Source: an uncultured delta proteobacterium
GTDB lineage: Bacteria > Myxococcota_A > Polyangia > Haliangiales > Haliangiaceae
Assembly (NCBI GenBank): GCA_963848295.1
Contig: CAWKDB010000010.1
Location: 2,240,001-2,304,000, forward strand
Direction of reading: 5' to 3'
DNA length: 64,000 nt
A program made the translations under genes and the position numbers. Of the stretch, positions 37,742-48,713 are shown piece after piece; the first letter of the stretch is position 1; each line of letters begins with the position of its first letter. The notes beneath the pieces were generated by a model. The model searched no databases. It had not been told where the DNA came from and saw nothing but the letters and a program-made list of their open reading frames with translations.

Positions 37742-38851
37742 TTGATGAAGCTCGTCTTGGCGTGTGCAGTCCTCGCGTGTAGCTGCAAATTATCGTCGAC
37801 GACGCCGCCGGCTCCGCCTGCCGCGCCGAACGATCATCAGCTCCACGTCACCGAAACGCTGGAGACCAACGGCATTCGGCTCCATGTCATCGGCACAGGC
37901 GTCTCGATCGCCGATCTGCGGCTCCCCGACTGGGAGATCGCGCCGATCAAGGGCGCCGCCGACATCGCCGCCGATCTCCACATGCTGCACGTCAAGACGC
38001 GCGACTACCGCACGGCGACCGGTGAAGCGACATTGCGCTGCAACGGTTGCGCGATCGGCGGCGGTCCAGCGCGCGGCCTCGGCGGTGCGATCGGCAGCGA
38101 CACGACGTCGCAGTTCGCGTTCCCGGTATACACGATCGATCGGCTGGAGGCGCACGTCGTGTTCGCCAAGGGCAGCGCGGATGTGACGACCTGGTCGTTC
38201 GAATCCAAGGACATCCCGTATCTCGTCGTCACCGCGCATCTCGATCTCGCGGCGGCGCTCGGCGACTCGAGGGCGAGCATCTGCGTGCGCTTCGGGACGA
38301 CGACCGCGGTGCCGCCGGATTCGTCACTCGCGCGGACGCTCGCCGGCGCGGGCATCGCCGTCGACGCGAACGGCCACTTCAACGTCAAGCTCGCCGGACA
38401 TCTCGACGCGCTCGCGCCCGAAGGGTTCGGCTGCGATGGCGCAGTGCCGCCGCTGCCAGCTCCAACACCACCAGCGGAGCCGGATGACTTCGACAAGCAA
38501 CTGAACGTCGACGTCGCCACGATCGACGACACGCATCGCACCATCACGCGAGCGCTCTTCGACAAGATCGTCGCGGACCCGCTGGTCGCCACGAGAGGCG
38601 TGCGCGTGGTCCCGACGATACGCGATGGCAAGCCGGACGGTTTCCAGTTCTACGCGATTCGACCGAGCTCACTGTTTGCCCGGATCGGCCTGAACAGCGG
38701 CGACACCATCCGGCGCGTCAACGGGGTCGAGATCACGACGACCGAACAAGCCCTCCGTGTCTATACGAAGCTTCGCGAGGCGACGGCGATCGAGCTCGAC
38801 GTCCTCCGCCGCGGTAGGTCCATCAAGCTGACGATCTCGATCATCCACTGA
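37742..38851 (+). CDS. Lipoprotein with GspN-like N-terminal region and GspC-type PDZ domain
   Basis: LACSC lipobox; C-terminal RVVPTIRDGKPDGFQFYAIRPSSLFARIGLNSGDTIRRVNG is typical of GspC. Confidence 0.7.
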   Translation: MMKLVLACAVLACSCKLSSTTPPAPPAAPNDHQLHVTETLETNGIRLHVIGTGVSIADLRLPDWEIAPIKGAADIAADLHMLHVKTRDYRTATGEATLRCNGCAIGGGPARGLGGAIGSDTTSQFAFPVYTIDRLEAHVVFAKGSADVTTWSFESKDIPYLVVTAHLDLAAALGDSRASICVRFGTTTAVPPDSSLARTLAGAGIAVDANGHFNVKLAGHLDALAPEGFGCDGAVPPLPAPTPPAEPDDFDKQLNVDVATIDDTHRTITRALFDKIVADPLVATRGVRVVPTIRDGKPDGFQFYAIRPSSLFARIGLNSGDTIRRVNGVEITTTEQALRVYTKLREATAIELDVLRRGRSIKLTISIIH

Positions 38852-38948
38852 CTTGCGGTAATCGCGCTCGTCGACGGCGCCGTCGCTATCGGGTAGTAGC
38901 GCATCTGCTAGGCCCGGCGGCACGACCCCGCGTGCTACAACCGCGGCG

Positions 38949-39689
38949 ATGTACAGGCAGTTGCGTCTCGCGGTCGTGATCCCCGCGTACAACGAGCAGC
39001 GCGCGATCGCCGAGACCGTGGCGTCGGTGCCGAGCTTTGTCGATCACGTCATCGTCGTCGATGATTGCTCGAGCGACGACACCGCCGACCGAGCGGCCGC
39101 GGCGAATCCCGGTGCCGAGGTCGTGCGCCATCCCGCGAATCGCGGGGTCGGGGGAGCGATCGCGACGGGCTATCGCCGCGCACTCGCCGCGAATGCGGAG
39201 GTCGCGGTCGTGATGGCAGGCGATGGCCAGATGGATCCGCGCGACTTGCCGGCGCTGCTCGATCCGATCGCGAGCGGCGTCGCCGAGTACGTCAAAGGCA
39301 ATCGGTTCTTGCATCCCGAGGTGTGGACCGCGATGCCGCCGGCCCGGATCGTTGGCAACGTGCTGCTGTCGACCGCGACGCGCGTGACGTCGGGCTACCG
39401 CCATCTGTTCGATTCGCAGTGCGGCTACACCGCGATCTCGCGCAGCGCGCTCGAGCAGATCGATCTCGACGAGCTGTTCCCGCGCTACGGCTATCCCAAC
39501 GATCTGCTGTCGCGCTTGCGCGTCGTCGATGTTCGCGTCGTCGACGTGCCAGTGCGCCCGATCTACGGCGAGCACTGGAAGAGCGGCATCAACTTCGGCA
39601 CCGCGCTGCATCCGATCCCGTGGGTGCTGCTGCGCTCGTGGGGCAATCGGCTCGCGGCACAGGCCGCGCGGCGGCGCGCGCGATCGTAG
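38949..39689 (+). CDS. Glycosyltransferase family 2
   Basis: VVIPAYNE, VVDDCSSD, NRGVG, MAGDGQ, DSQCGY. Confidence 0.92.
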   Translation: MYRQLRLAVVIPAYNEQRAIAETVASVPSFVDHVIVVDDCSSDDTADRAAAANPGAEVVRHPANRGVGGAIATGYRRALAANAEVAVVMAGDGQMDPRDLPALLDPIASGVAEYVKGNRFLHPEVWTAMPPARIVGNVLLSTATRVTSGYRHLFDSQCGYTAISRSALEQIDLDELFPRYGYPNDLLSRLRVVDVRVVDVPVRPIYGEHWKSGINFGTALHPIPWVLLRSWGNRLAAQAARRRARS

Positions 39690-40957
39690 TGCGGGTCGGG
39701 TTCGTCACGACGTCGTACCCGCGGTTCGCCGGCGATCCGGCCGGCAGCTTCGTCGCGGCTCACGCCGCCGCGGTGCGCGCGCTCGGGCACGACGTCGAGG
39801 TAATCGCGGCGGGCGACGGACCCCGTAAACGGGGGGCCTTCGACCTAGGGTTTCGGCTGTCCTCGCGTCGCCGGACAGCCGAGCGATCGATTGGCCTCGG
39901 GACCGGCCGCGTGCCCGATACGCGGCTGTTCTATAGAGGCGGCGCGCCCGAGGCGCTCGAGCGCGGCGGCGTGCGCACCGCGCTCGCGGCGGCGGCGTTC
40001 ACCGCTCGGTTGACTGCGGCGGTCGCGGCGCGCGCGTCGCGGTGGGATCTGATCGTCGCGCACTGGCTCGCGCCGTCGGCGATCGCGGCGTTGCCGTCGC
40101 GCGTCCCGTTGCTCGCGATCGCGCACGGCGGCGATGTCCACGCGCTGCGCCGCGCGAAGCTACTCGCACCGTTGCTCGCGGCGTTGCGCCTGCGTGGAGC
40201 GAAGCTCGCGTTCGTCAGCGCCGAGCTGCTGGAGCTCGCCCGCGCCGCGGCGCCGTCGCTCGCGCGCTGGCTCGACACCGCCGCGATCGTCCAGTCGATG
40301 GGCGTCGACGTCGCGCGGTTCGCCGCGATCGGGCGCGCGCCCGAGACGCCGCCGATCGTCGCGGTGATCGGCCGGCTCGTCGCGGTCAAAGGCGTCGATG
40401 TCGCGCTCGCCGCGCTGCCCGCCGGTGCTCGGCTCGTCATCGCAGGCGACGGTCCCGCGCGCGCAGAGTTGCAGCGCGTCGCCCGCGATCAGCGAGACGT
40501 TGGCCCGACCAGGAGCGGTTGGATCGACCGCCGGGACGTGCGCCCGGCGAGCAGCAGCGCCGGCGCTTGGATCGACCGGGTGCAGTTCGTCGGCGAGCTC
40601 GATGCCGCTCGACGCGATCAGCTGCTGCGTGCGGCGTCGGTCGTCGCGATCCCATCGCGCGTGCTCGCGAATGGCCGATCCGAAGGCACGCCGGTGGTCG
40701 CGCTCGAAGCGCTCGCCGCGGGAGTCCCGGTCGTGGCGTCGGCGGTCGGCGGGTTGCGAGATCTCCCGGTCGCGCTCGTGCCGCCCGATGACCCGCGCGC
40801 GCTGGCCGCCGCGCTCGCCCGCTGCCTGGCAGATCCACCTGCCGCCGCGACCCTGCGCCGAGCCGCCGCCGCCTTCGATTGGGCCTCGGTAACCGCCCGA
40901 CTTCACGGTCATGCGGGCTATGGCTGCGCAACCGCGACGCCAGCGCACGGGCCCTAA
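39689..40957 (+). CDS. Glycosyltransferase family 4 carrying in-frame insertions
   Basis: VTTSYPRF, AHWLAP, HGGD, GRLVAVKG, EGTPVVALEALAAG. Confidence 0.88.
   Translation: MRVGFVTTSYPRFAGDPAGSFVAAHAAAVRALGHDVEVIAAGDGPRKRGAFDLGFRLSSRRRTAERSIGLGTGRVPDTRLFYRGGAPEALERGGVRTALAAAAFTARLTAAVAARASRWDLIVAHWLAPSAIAALPSRVPLLAIAHGGDVHALRRAKLLAPLLAALRLRGAKLAFVSAELLELARAAAPSLARWLDTAAIVQSMGVDVARFAAIGRAPETPPIVAVIGRLVAVKGVDVALAALPAGARLVIAGDGPARAELQRVARDQRDVGPTRSGWIDRRDVRPASSSAGAWIDRVQFVGELDAARRDQLLRAASVVAIPSRVLANGRSEGTPVVALEALAAGVPVVASAVGGLRDLPVALVPPDDPRALAAALARCLADPPAAATLRRAAAAFDWASVTARLHGHAGYGCATATPAHGP
39818..39904. repeat. Palindromic dispersed element, copy 1 (in-frame within GT4)
   Basis: CCCCGTAAACGGGG..TCGGCTGTCC-N10-GGACAGCCGA..GGCCTCGGG; homologous to 41682-41767. 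Confidence 0.85.
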
Positions 40958-41058
40958 CGCGTAACGCCGTACGCACCTCGGTCGGACCGCATGTTGCCAA
41001 CCCGTTGCAATCACGTGACGATCGCCACCGATTCGTGCGATGAATGGCGCTTCGGTGG

Positions 41059-41074
41059 CGGCACGGTTGCTGCT
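41059..41074 (+). promoter_or_regulatory. sigma54 -24/-12 promoter
   Basis: CGGCACGGTTGCTGCT, 16 nt before ATG 41091. Confidence 0.6.
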
Positions 41075-41090
41075 ATTTCCCGAGTCATTG

Positions 41091-41675
41091 ATGTCTGATC
41101 GCCCGCCGTTCGACGTTTCGCTCATCCTGCCATTCGGGGACGACGAGGAGGCGGTGGGCATCGCCGTCCGTCGCACCGCCGAGTACCTGCGCGGGCTCGG
41201 CGTCAGCTTCGAGCTGCTCGCGATCGACGAAGACTCCGGCGACAACTCCCACGCGGTGCTCGCGCTGCTCCGCGCCGAGGTGCCCGAGCTGCGGGTGACC
41301 CACGCGCCGGGCCGCGGCCGCGGTGTCGATCTCGGCGCCGCGCGCGCCCAGGGTACGCTGCTCGCGGTGACGACGACCGATGTCGCGAGCGCTTCGCTCG
41401 ACGGCCTCGGCGAGGCGTGCCGCCGACTGCTCGACGGGCAAGGCGACGCCGAGGTCGCGCTCGGCCGATACACGGTCGCCCATCGCGTGCGCGCGCTCAC
41501 CGCGTTCCGCGGCGCTCGACTACTCGGTGCCGCGATGCATCGCCGGCTCGGCAAGCGCCTGCAAGTGCGCAACCTCGCAGTCCGGATCGGGACCGCCGGC
41601 GGCGCGATCGGCGCCGGTCAGGCTCGCGGCGGCGCCTTCGGCCGGTTGTTCGCGCGCACGACCCGCGTCGCCTAA
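41091..41675 (+). CDS. Short or degenerate GT2-like protein
   Basis: VSLILPFGDDEE, ELLAIDEDSGDN, GRGRG. Confidence 0.7.
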   Translation: MSDRPPFDVSLILPFGDDEEAVGIAVRRTAEYLRGLGVSFELLAIDEDSGDNSHAVLALLRAEVPELRVTHAPGRGRGVDLGAARAQGTLLAVTTTDVASASLDGLGEACRRLLDGQGDAEVALGRYTVAHRVRALTAFRGARLLGAAMHRRLGKRLQVRNLAVRIGTAGGAIGAGQARGGAFGRLFARTTRVA

Positions 41676-41681
41676 CGCGGC

Positions 41682-41767
41682 GGTCCCGTAAACGGGACCC
41701 CTCGGCCGTAAGGATTCGGCCGTCCTTGCTTCGCCGGACAGCCGAGCGACCGATCGGCCTCGGGGCT
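41682..41767. repeat. Palindromic dispersed element, copy 2 (intergenic)
   Basis: GGTCCCGTAAACGGGACC..TCGGCCGTCC-N10-GGACAGCCGA..GGCCTCGGGG. Confidence 0.85.
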
Positions 41768-41784
41768 GCTATCATTTGGTTGTC

Positions 41785-42888
<1,104 letters not shown>

Positions 42889-42938
42889 CTGCCCGCTCGG
42901 ACGTGGGCGACGCGGTCGGCCGCGCTACAGTAGAGCGC

Positions 42939-44834
42939 GTGATCACCGGCGACGTCCTCGATCGGATCCCGACCGAGCCGGGCGTTTATCTATTCAAGGA
43001 CGCGCGCGGCACGGTGATCTACGTCGGCAAGGCGAAGAACCTGCGCGTGCGCGTCCGCCAGTACTTTCGCGAAGGCGGCGACGAGCGGCTGTTCGTGGCG
43101 GCGGGGTTCCTCGGGCGTGCGGCGGCGGACGTCGAGACCATCGTCGTCACGGTCGAGAAGGAAGCGCTGCTGCTCGAGAACCACCTGATCAAGAAGCATC
43201 AGCCGCGGTTCAACGTGAAGCTGCGCGACGACAAGCAGTACCTCGTGTTGCGGTTGTTGGATCCGGAGCCGAGCGCGCCCGGTGCCGCGAAGCGCGAGGT
43301 GTTCCCGCGCGTCGAGGTCGTGCGCAACATCCGCGACGACAAGGCGAACTACTTCGGGCCATATCACTCGGCGACGTCGGCGCGGCAGACGCTGCGCACG
43401 CTCAACCGCCACTTCCAGCTGCGGACGTGCACCGATCACGTGCTCGAGACGCGCGGCCGACCGTGCCTCCAGTATCAGATCAAGCGCTGCTCGGGGCCGT
43501 GCGCGATCGACGTCGCGCCGGCGCACTACGCCGAGCAAGTCGAGGACGTGAAGATGTTCCTCGCCGGCAAAGATGGCGAGCTGCTCAGCCGGTTGCGGAC
43601 GCGCATGGCGGCGCGCGCCGAAGCGGAAGACTTCGAGGTCGCCGCGGCGCTGCGCGATTCGATCGCCGCGGTCGAGCGCGCGCTGACCCGGCAAGACGTC
43701 GTGCAGGAAGACTTCGTCGATCAAGACGTGTGGGGCCTGTATCGCGAGGCCGATGTCGTCGAGGTCGTCGTGTTGTTCATCCGCGCCGGCAAGCTTGTCG
43801 GGCGCCGCACGTTCCAGCAAAAGGACCAGGAGTTGCCCGATGCCGAGGTCATCGCCGAGCACGTCCAGGCGTACTACGCGAGTGGAACGTTGATCCCGGA
43901 CGAGGTCGTCGTCGGCGTCAACCTCGAAGCGAGCGAGGCGCTCGCCGAGTGGCTCGGCGCGGCGCGCGGCAAGCGCGTCAAGCTGGTCGAGCCTCGCCGC
44001 GGCACACGCGCGCGGTTGGTCGAGCTCGCCGATCGCAACGCGGCGGCCTCGGCGGCGTCGCGGCAGAGCGCGGGCGGAGATATCGACGCGATGCTCGCGA
44101 AGGTCGCCGAGCGGCTCGGGCTGCCGCGGCCACCGCTGCGCATCGAGTGCTTCGACATCGCGCACATCCAGGGCACCGAGACCGTCGCGTCGATGGTGAC
44201 GTTCGTCGACGGCGTGCCGGCGCGCTCGCTGTACCGCAAGTTCAAGATCCGCTCGGTCGCGAACGACGACTTCGCCGCGATGTACGAGGTGCTGACCCGC
44301 CGGTTCAAACGCACGCAGGGCGACGGCGATCCCGCGTGGGCGCGGCCCGATCTGCTCGTCATCGACGGCGGCAAGGGTCAGCTCGCGATGGCGGTCGCCG
44401 CGCTCACCGATCTCGGCGTGCCGCTCGGCGGCGAGACCGGCGTCGAGATCATCGGGCTCGCCAAGGAGCGCGACCTCGAAGCGGGCAGCGCACCCGATCG
44501 GATCTATCGCAGGACCGTGAAGGACTCGATCCCGCTGCGCGCGAACTCGCCCGAGCTGTTCGTGCTCGCGCGCATCCGCGACGAAGCGCATCGGTTCGCG
44601 AACACGTTCCATCGCGATCGCAGGAGCAAGCGCACGCTGCGCTCGGAGCTCGACTCGATCCCCGGCATCGGCGAAGGCCGGCGGCAGAAGCTGCTCAAGC
44701 ACTTCGGCAGCGTGCGCGCGGTGCGGCTCGCGACGATCGACGAGCTCGCGAAGGCGCCGGGCATGACGCGCAAGGCCGCCGAGGCGATCGCGAAGTACTT
44801 CGCCGAGCACGCGCCCGACGTCGCGGCCGAATAG
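42939..44834 (+). CDS. uvrC: Excinuclease ABC subunit C
   Basis: PGVYLF..YVGKAKNLR GIY-YIG; RIECFDIAH, IDGGKGQ, RDEAHRFA; C-terminal HhH. Confidence 0.96.
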   Translation: MITGDVLDRIPTEPGVYLFKDARGTVIYVGKAKNLRVRVRQYFREGGDERLFVAAGFLGRAAADVETIVVTVEKEALLLENHLIKKHQPRFNVKLRDDKQYLVLRLLDPEPSAPGAAKREVFPRVEVVRNIRDDKANYFGPYHSATSARQTLRTLNRHFQLRTCTDHVLETRGRPCLQYQIKRCSGPCAIDVAPAHYAEQVEDVKMFLAGKDGELLSRLRTRMAARAEAEDFEVAAALRDSIAAVERALTRQDVVQEDFVDQDVWGLYREADVVEVVVLFIRAGKLVGRRTFQQKDQELPDAEVIAEHVQAYYASGTLIPDEVVVGVNLEASEALAEWLGAARGKRVKLVEPRRGTRARLVELADRNAAASAASRQSAGGDIDAMLAKVAERLGLPRPPLRIECFDIAHIQGTETVASMVTFVDGVPARSLYRKFKIRSVANDDFAAMYEVLTRRFKRTQGDGDPAWARPDLLVIDGGKGQLAMAVAALTDLGVPLGGETGVEIIGLAKERDLEAGSAPDRIYRRTVKDSIPLRANSPELFVLARIRDEAHRFANTFHRDRRSKRTLRSELDSIPGIGEGRRQKLLKHFGSVRAVRLATIDELAKAPGMTRKAAEAIAKYFAEHAPDVAAE

Positions 44835-44835
44835 C

Positions 44836-45507
44836 CTATTGGTCGCCGTCGAGGATCAGGACGAGCGCGCTGTCGGATTGCATCTTCGCTTGGGCGCTCG
44901 CGCGCTTCACCCATTGCGCGAGCATCGCGATGCCAGCGTGAACTTCTTCGCGCGTCATCGAGCCGCGCTGTTCGGGATCGTAGGTCTTGACGGGTAGCGT
45001 CTCGAGCTTTTCGCTCCACTTGCCGGCGAGCTCGCGCTGCCACGCCGCGAGTGACTCGCCGTCGATGCACGACAGGATCGGCCAGCTGACGTTGAGGCTC
45101 GGGCGCGCGAACGGAAACGCGAGCGATGCCTTGCCCCACTGCTTCGCGATCGTCTTCATGCCGAGCGCGTGAAACACCGGGTTCCACAGCCCGAAGTCCT
45201 CGCTCGGCATGTAGCTCGCTTGCAGCGTGCCGAGCGCTTCGCCGTACGCGTGCAACACGAGCGTCGTCACCCGCGCGTACTTGTACGCCGCCTCCGGATG
45301 CGGCGAACCGCGGCGCAGTGCGGCGAGCGCCGAGTCGACTGGCTCCGGATCATTCTCGCCGTTCGCGAGCGTCATGATCACGTCCTTGAGGATCGGGTTG
45401 CCCTTGAGCTTGCTCTTCACCGTATTCGGCTCGAGCGCCGCGGTGCCGAGCAAGCTGGTGAGCTTCTTCGGCGAGACGATGAAGCCTTCGACAAAGCGCT
45501 CGGACAT
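44836..45507 (-). CDS. Hypothetical protein
   Basis: Coherent coding ORF with TAGTAT 6 nt upstream of ATG. Confidence 0.7.
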   Translation of the reverse strand: MSERFVEGFIVSPKKLTSLLGTAALEPNTVKSKLKGNPILKDVIMTLANGENDPEPVDSALAALRRGSPHPEAAYKYARVTTLVLHAYGEALGTLQASYMPSEDFGLWNPVFHALGMKTIAKQWGKASLAFPFARPSLNVSWPILSCIDGESLAAWQRELAGKWSEKLETLPVKTYDPEQRGSMTREEVHAGIAMLAQWVKRASAQAKMQSDSALVLILDGDQ

Positions 45508-45516
45508 GCTGCGATA

Positions 45517-46923
45517 CTACGGCAACGCGACCACGCGGTGCGCCACGCCTTGCCGAGTCACGAGCCAGGCCGGCGCGCCGTCGGCGTCGGGATAAAATGT
45601 CAGGTCGCCGGTCTCGCCGTCGATCGTCGCCGAGAATTCGTTGCCGCCGACCTGCGTCAGCGGCGTGTCGTAGACGTTCATCGCCGGCGCGCTCGCATAG
45701 AGCGCGTTGCCATCGAACCGCACGCTGACCTCGCCGAGCACGTACGGATCGAAGTAGCTCCCCGCCTCGCTCGCCCAGGTCGCCGGCGCGGTCGCGTTGT
45801 CGGGCGCCGACACGTCGGCCACGCCGAGGAACTCGTCGATCGCGCGCTCCGCGACGTGGGATGGCTTGCGACCGGTCGCGTTGAACAAGACGACGACCGC
45901 GAATTGTTGGTCCGGCACCATCCAGAGCGACGACTCGTAGCCCGGCTCGGAGCCTGAATGACGAACCACGTGCAGCCCCTTCCAGCCGTCGCGGACGTAC
46001 AGCCCATAGCCGTAGCGGTCGCGATCATCCGCGGTGTCGTGCGGATCGGCGTGCTCGGTCTCGAGCTGGGCGACCGACGTCGGCTGCAACATCGCGCCGC
46101 CGTTCGCGAGCAATATCTGCGCGAGGCTCGCGTAGTCGAGCGCGCTCGCGATCACGCCGCCGGCCGGCCGCGTCGCAGAGCACGTGTAGGCGTCGGGCTC
46201 GTAGTAGAACGTGCCGCCGTCGTCGTGAACATGGCCGGTCGCGTGATCGCCCGCGGTCGCCGCCTCGACATCGAACGTCGCGGTCGTCATCCCCGCCGGG
46301 CCGAACACTCGAGCCGCGGCGACATCCTCGTACGATTGGCGTGCCGCGCCTTCGATCGCCCAGCCCGCGACCCCGAAGCCGCGATTCGAGTAGTTCCAGA
46401 CCTCGCCCGGCGGCGTCCACAGCGGCTCGCCCGCGTTCTGCGCGAACCACGTCGTGCGATCGACGGCGCAGTCGGTCGACGCCGAGACATCGGGGATCCC
46501 CGACGTGTGATCGAGCAGCTCGGCGACGGTGATCGTGCTCGGATCGAACCCGGGCGCGAGGCCGATCGGCGCGTACTCCGTGACGGGATGATCGAGCGCG
46601 AGCTCGCCAGTCTCGACCAGGCTCAGCGCGGTCGATGCGGTGACCAGCTTCGACAGCGACGCGACGCGAAACAGGGTGCCCGCATCGACTTGATCGTCGG
46701 TGCCTTCGCGCTTCGTTCCGACTCCCGCCGCCGCAAACAGTTGCCCGTGGTCGACGATCGCGATCGAGGCGCCGGGAATGTCGTGATCCATCATCTGCTG
46801 TTGCAGATATGACAACACCGCCTGGAACCGGGGGTCGTTGGCACTACCGCTCGTGACGACCGTCGGTGGCGACTCGGTCGTGCAGGCAGCGAACGAGAGT
46901 AAAGCGAGCGTTAAGGTCTTCAT
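45517..46923 (-). CDS. Serine hydrolase, beta-lactamase class C family, lipoprotein
   Basis: FRVASLSK (SxxK), LLDHTSG, YSN, HSG; FAAC lipobox. Confidence 0.9.
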   Translation of the reverse strand: MKTLTLALLSFAACTTESPPTVVTSGSANDPRFQAVLSYLQQQMMDHDIPGASIAIVDHGQLFAAAGVGTKREGTDDQVDAGTLFRVASLSKLVTASTALSLVETGELALDHPVTEYAPIGLAPGFDPSTITVAELLDHTSGIPDVSASTDCAVDRTTWFAQNAGEPLWTPPGEVWNYSNRGFGVAGWAIEGAARQSYEDVAAARVFGPAGMTTATFDVEAATAGDHATGHVHDDGGTFYYEPDAYTCSATRPAGGVIASALDYASLAQILLANGGAMLQPTSVAQLETEHADPHDTADDRDRYGYGLYVRDGWKGLHVVRHSGSEPGYESSLWMVPDQQFAVVVLFNATGRKPSHVAERAIDEFLGVADVSAPDNATAPATWASEAGSYFDPYVLGEVSVRFDGNALYASAPAMNVYDTPLTQVGGNEFSATIDGETGDLTFYPDADGAPAWLVTRQGVAHRVVALP

Positions 46924-47029
46924 ATGTGCCAAGACCGCGCCGCGCGCGCCGGTGTTGTCTCCAGAACCGGCAAACCGCGGCTCGCGGGTCGTTAAGAAGC
47001 GATGACGCTCCGTGGTACGTTGATCCGCG

Positions 47030-48232
47030 GTGAGCGGGCTGTTCGCATTTCTCGGTCGTCAAGCGATCTTTGCGAGCGACCTCACGGTGCACGCATACGA
47101 GCTGCTGTATCGCGACAGCTTCGAGAACCGCGCTCGGTTCAGCGACGCGAACCAGGCGAGCGCCGCCACGATGTTGAGCGCATTCGTCGAGCTCGATCTC
47201 GACGCGTTGATCGGCGACAAGCCGGTGTTCGTCAACTTGACCGAGGATTTCCTGCTCGGCCGCCATCCGATGCCGCTCGAGCCCGGGCGCGTCGTGCTCG
47301 AGGTGCTCGAGACCGTGCCGGTGACGCCGGAGCTGCTCGCCGCGTTGAAGGCGTTTCGCGCGCGCGGGTTTCAGATCGCACTCGACGACTTCGAGCTCGA
47401 CGAGAAGACCAAGCCGATGGTCGAGCTCGCCGACGTGATCAAGCTCGACGTGCTCGATGGCAATCGCGAACGGATCGCCGCCGCGGTCCATGCGCTGCGC
47501 CCGTACGGCATCCCGCTGCTCGCCGAGAAGGTGTCGACGCAGGACGAGATGACGTTCCTGCGCACGTTCGATTTCGAGCTCTATCAAGGCCACTTCCTCG
47601 AGATGCCGAAGATCGACCGCGCGCGCCGGCTGCCGCACAACCGCGCGAGCCTCGTCCGCCTGCTCGCGAAGCTCTACGATCCCGATACGAACCTGCGCGA
47701 GCTCGAGCGCTTGCTAGCGAGCGACATGGGCCTTCCGGTGCGGCTGATGAAGCTCGCGAGCTCCGCCGCGATGGCTCGCGGTGCGCAGATCGGAACGCTC
47801 GGCCAGGCGATCCAGCGGATCGGTACGCAGCAACTCGCCGCGCTCGTCATGCTCGTCATGGTGTCTGGCTTCGATGACAAGCCCCGCGAGCTGATCCGGC
47901 TCGCGCTCGTGCGCGCGAAACTATGCGAGCGCATCGCCGCGCGCACCGGCGCCTCACCGGACGAGCTGTTCACCGCGGGCCTGCTGTCGCTGCTCGACGC
48001 GATCCTGGATCAGCCGCTCGACGAGGTGCTGCGCGAGCTCCCGCTGACCCCGACGATCACGGCGGCGCTCGGCGGTGGCAACGAGCTCCCGGCGCGCATC
48101 GTCGCGGCGGCTCGCGCGCAAGAGCGCTGCAACTTCGCCGAGGTCGCCGCCTCGGGCGTGCCAGAGGCCGACGTCCACGCCGCGTGGCTCGAGGCGATCG
48201 CGTGGGCCGACGAGCTCGTCGCGCTGGTCTAG
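47030..48232 (+). CDS. EAL + HDOD domain protein (YuxH/CdgJ-like)
   Basis: RQAIF..YELLYR, FVN, LEVLE, ALDDF, LLAEKV, YQG; HDOD FTAGLLSLLD. Confidence 0.88.
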   Translation: MSGLFAFLGRQAIFASDLTVHAYELLYRDSFENRARFSDANQASAATMLSAFVELDLDALIGDKPVFVNLTEDFLLGRHPMPLEPGRVVLEVLETVPVTPELLAALKAFRARGFQIALDDFELDEKTKPMVELADVIKLDVLDGNRERIAAAVHALRPYGIPLLAEKVSTQDEMTFLRTFDFELYQGHFLEMPKIDRARRLPHNRASLVRLLAKLYDPDTNLRELERLLASDMGLPVRLMKLASSAAMARGAQIGTLGQAIQRIGTQQLAALVMLVMVSGFDDKPRELIRLALVRAKLCERIAARTGASPDELFTAGLLSLLDAILDQPLDEVLRELPLTPTITAALGGGNELPARIVAAARAQERCNFAEVAASGVPEADVHAAWLEAIAWADELVALV

Positions 48233-48302
48233 GGCGCCCGGCGTTCGCATTACGCAACGTGCTCGCAACGCTGCATCGCAGGTCGCGCGGCATCTTCGAG
48301 CG

Positions 48303-48707
48303 ATGAAGCTGCTTGTCGTCGCGGTCCTCGTGTCCAACCTCGCCGCCTGCGCGATGAGCCAGGCCTACTCGTTCCGCCCCGGCGACTTGCCCTCGGAGGT
48401 CGCTCAGATCGATCCCGACCAGCGGATCGCCGCGTGGAATCGCGCGATCGAGGTGCTGTTGAAGCAGGGCTACGAGCCGCAGGTTCTCAACCAGGACGCG
48501 GGCTACATCAGCGCCAAGATGCGTGACGACGCTCCGGAGGACGCGCTCGTCGGAACGCGCGCGATCATCACGATCACCCCACGAGGCCAGGTCAGCGTCG
48601 AGGTCGGTGCGATCGGCAATTACGAATCGCCCGCAACTCTCGAACAATACATCGCCTCGATGCAGGCGCGGCTGCTCGCCGGGATCATCGGCTCGCCCGG
48701 TGCGTGA
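48303..48707 (+). CDS. Hypothetical lipoprotein
   Basis: LAAC lipobox; upstream CGCAACG direct repeat with 11-bp period. Confidence 0.7.
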   Translation: MKLLVVAVLVSNLAACAMSQAYSFRPGDLPSEVAQIDPDQRIAAWNRAIEVLLKQGYEPQVLNQDAGYISAKMRDDAPEDALVGTRAIITITPRGQVSVEVGAIGNYESPATLEQYIASMQARLLAGIIGSPGA

Positions 48708-48713
48708 GCCTCA

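Noticed and set aside
42889..42938. PafBC motif upstream of uvrC
   Set aside because: The hexamer 10 nt upstream of TACAGT is ACGCGG, not TGTCRG. The same negative result holds for the pafB-like promoter.
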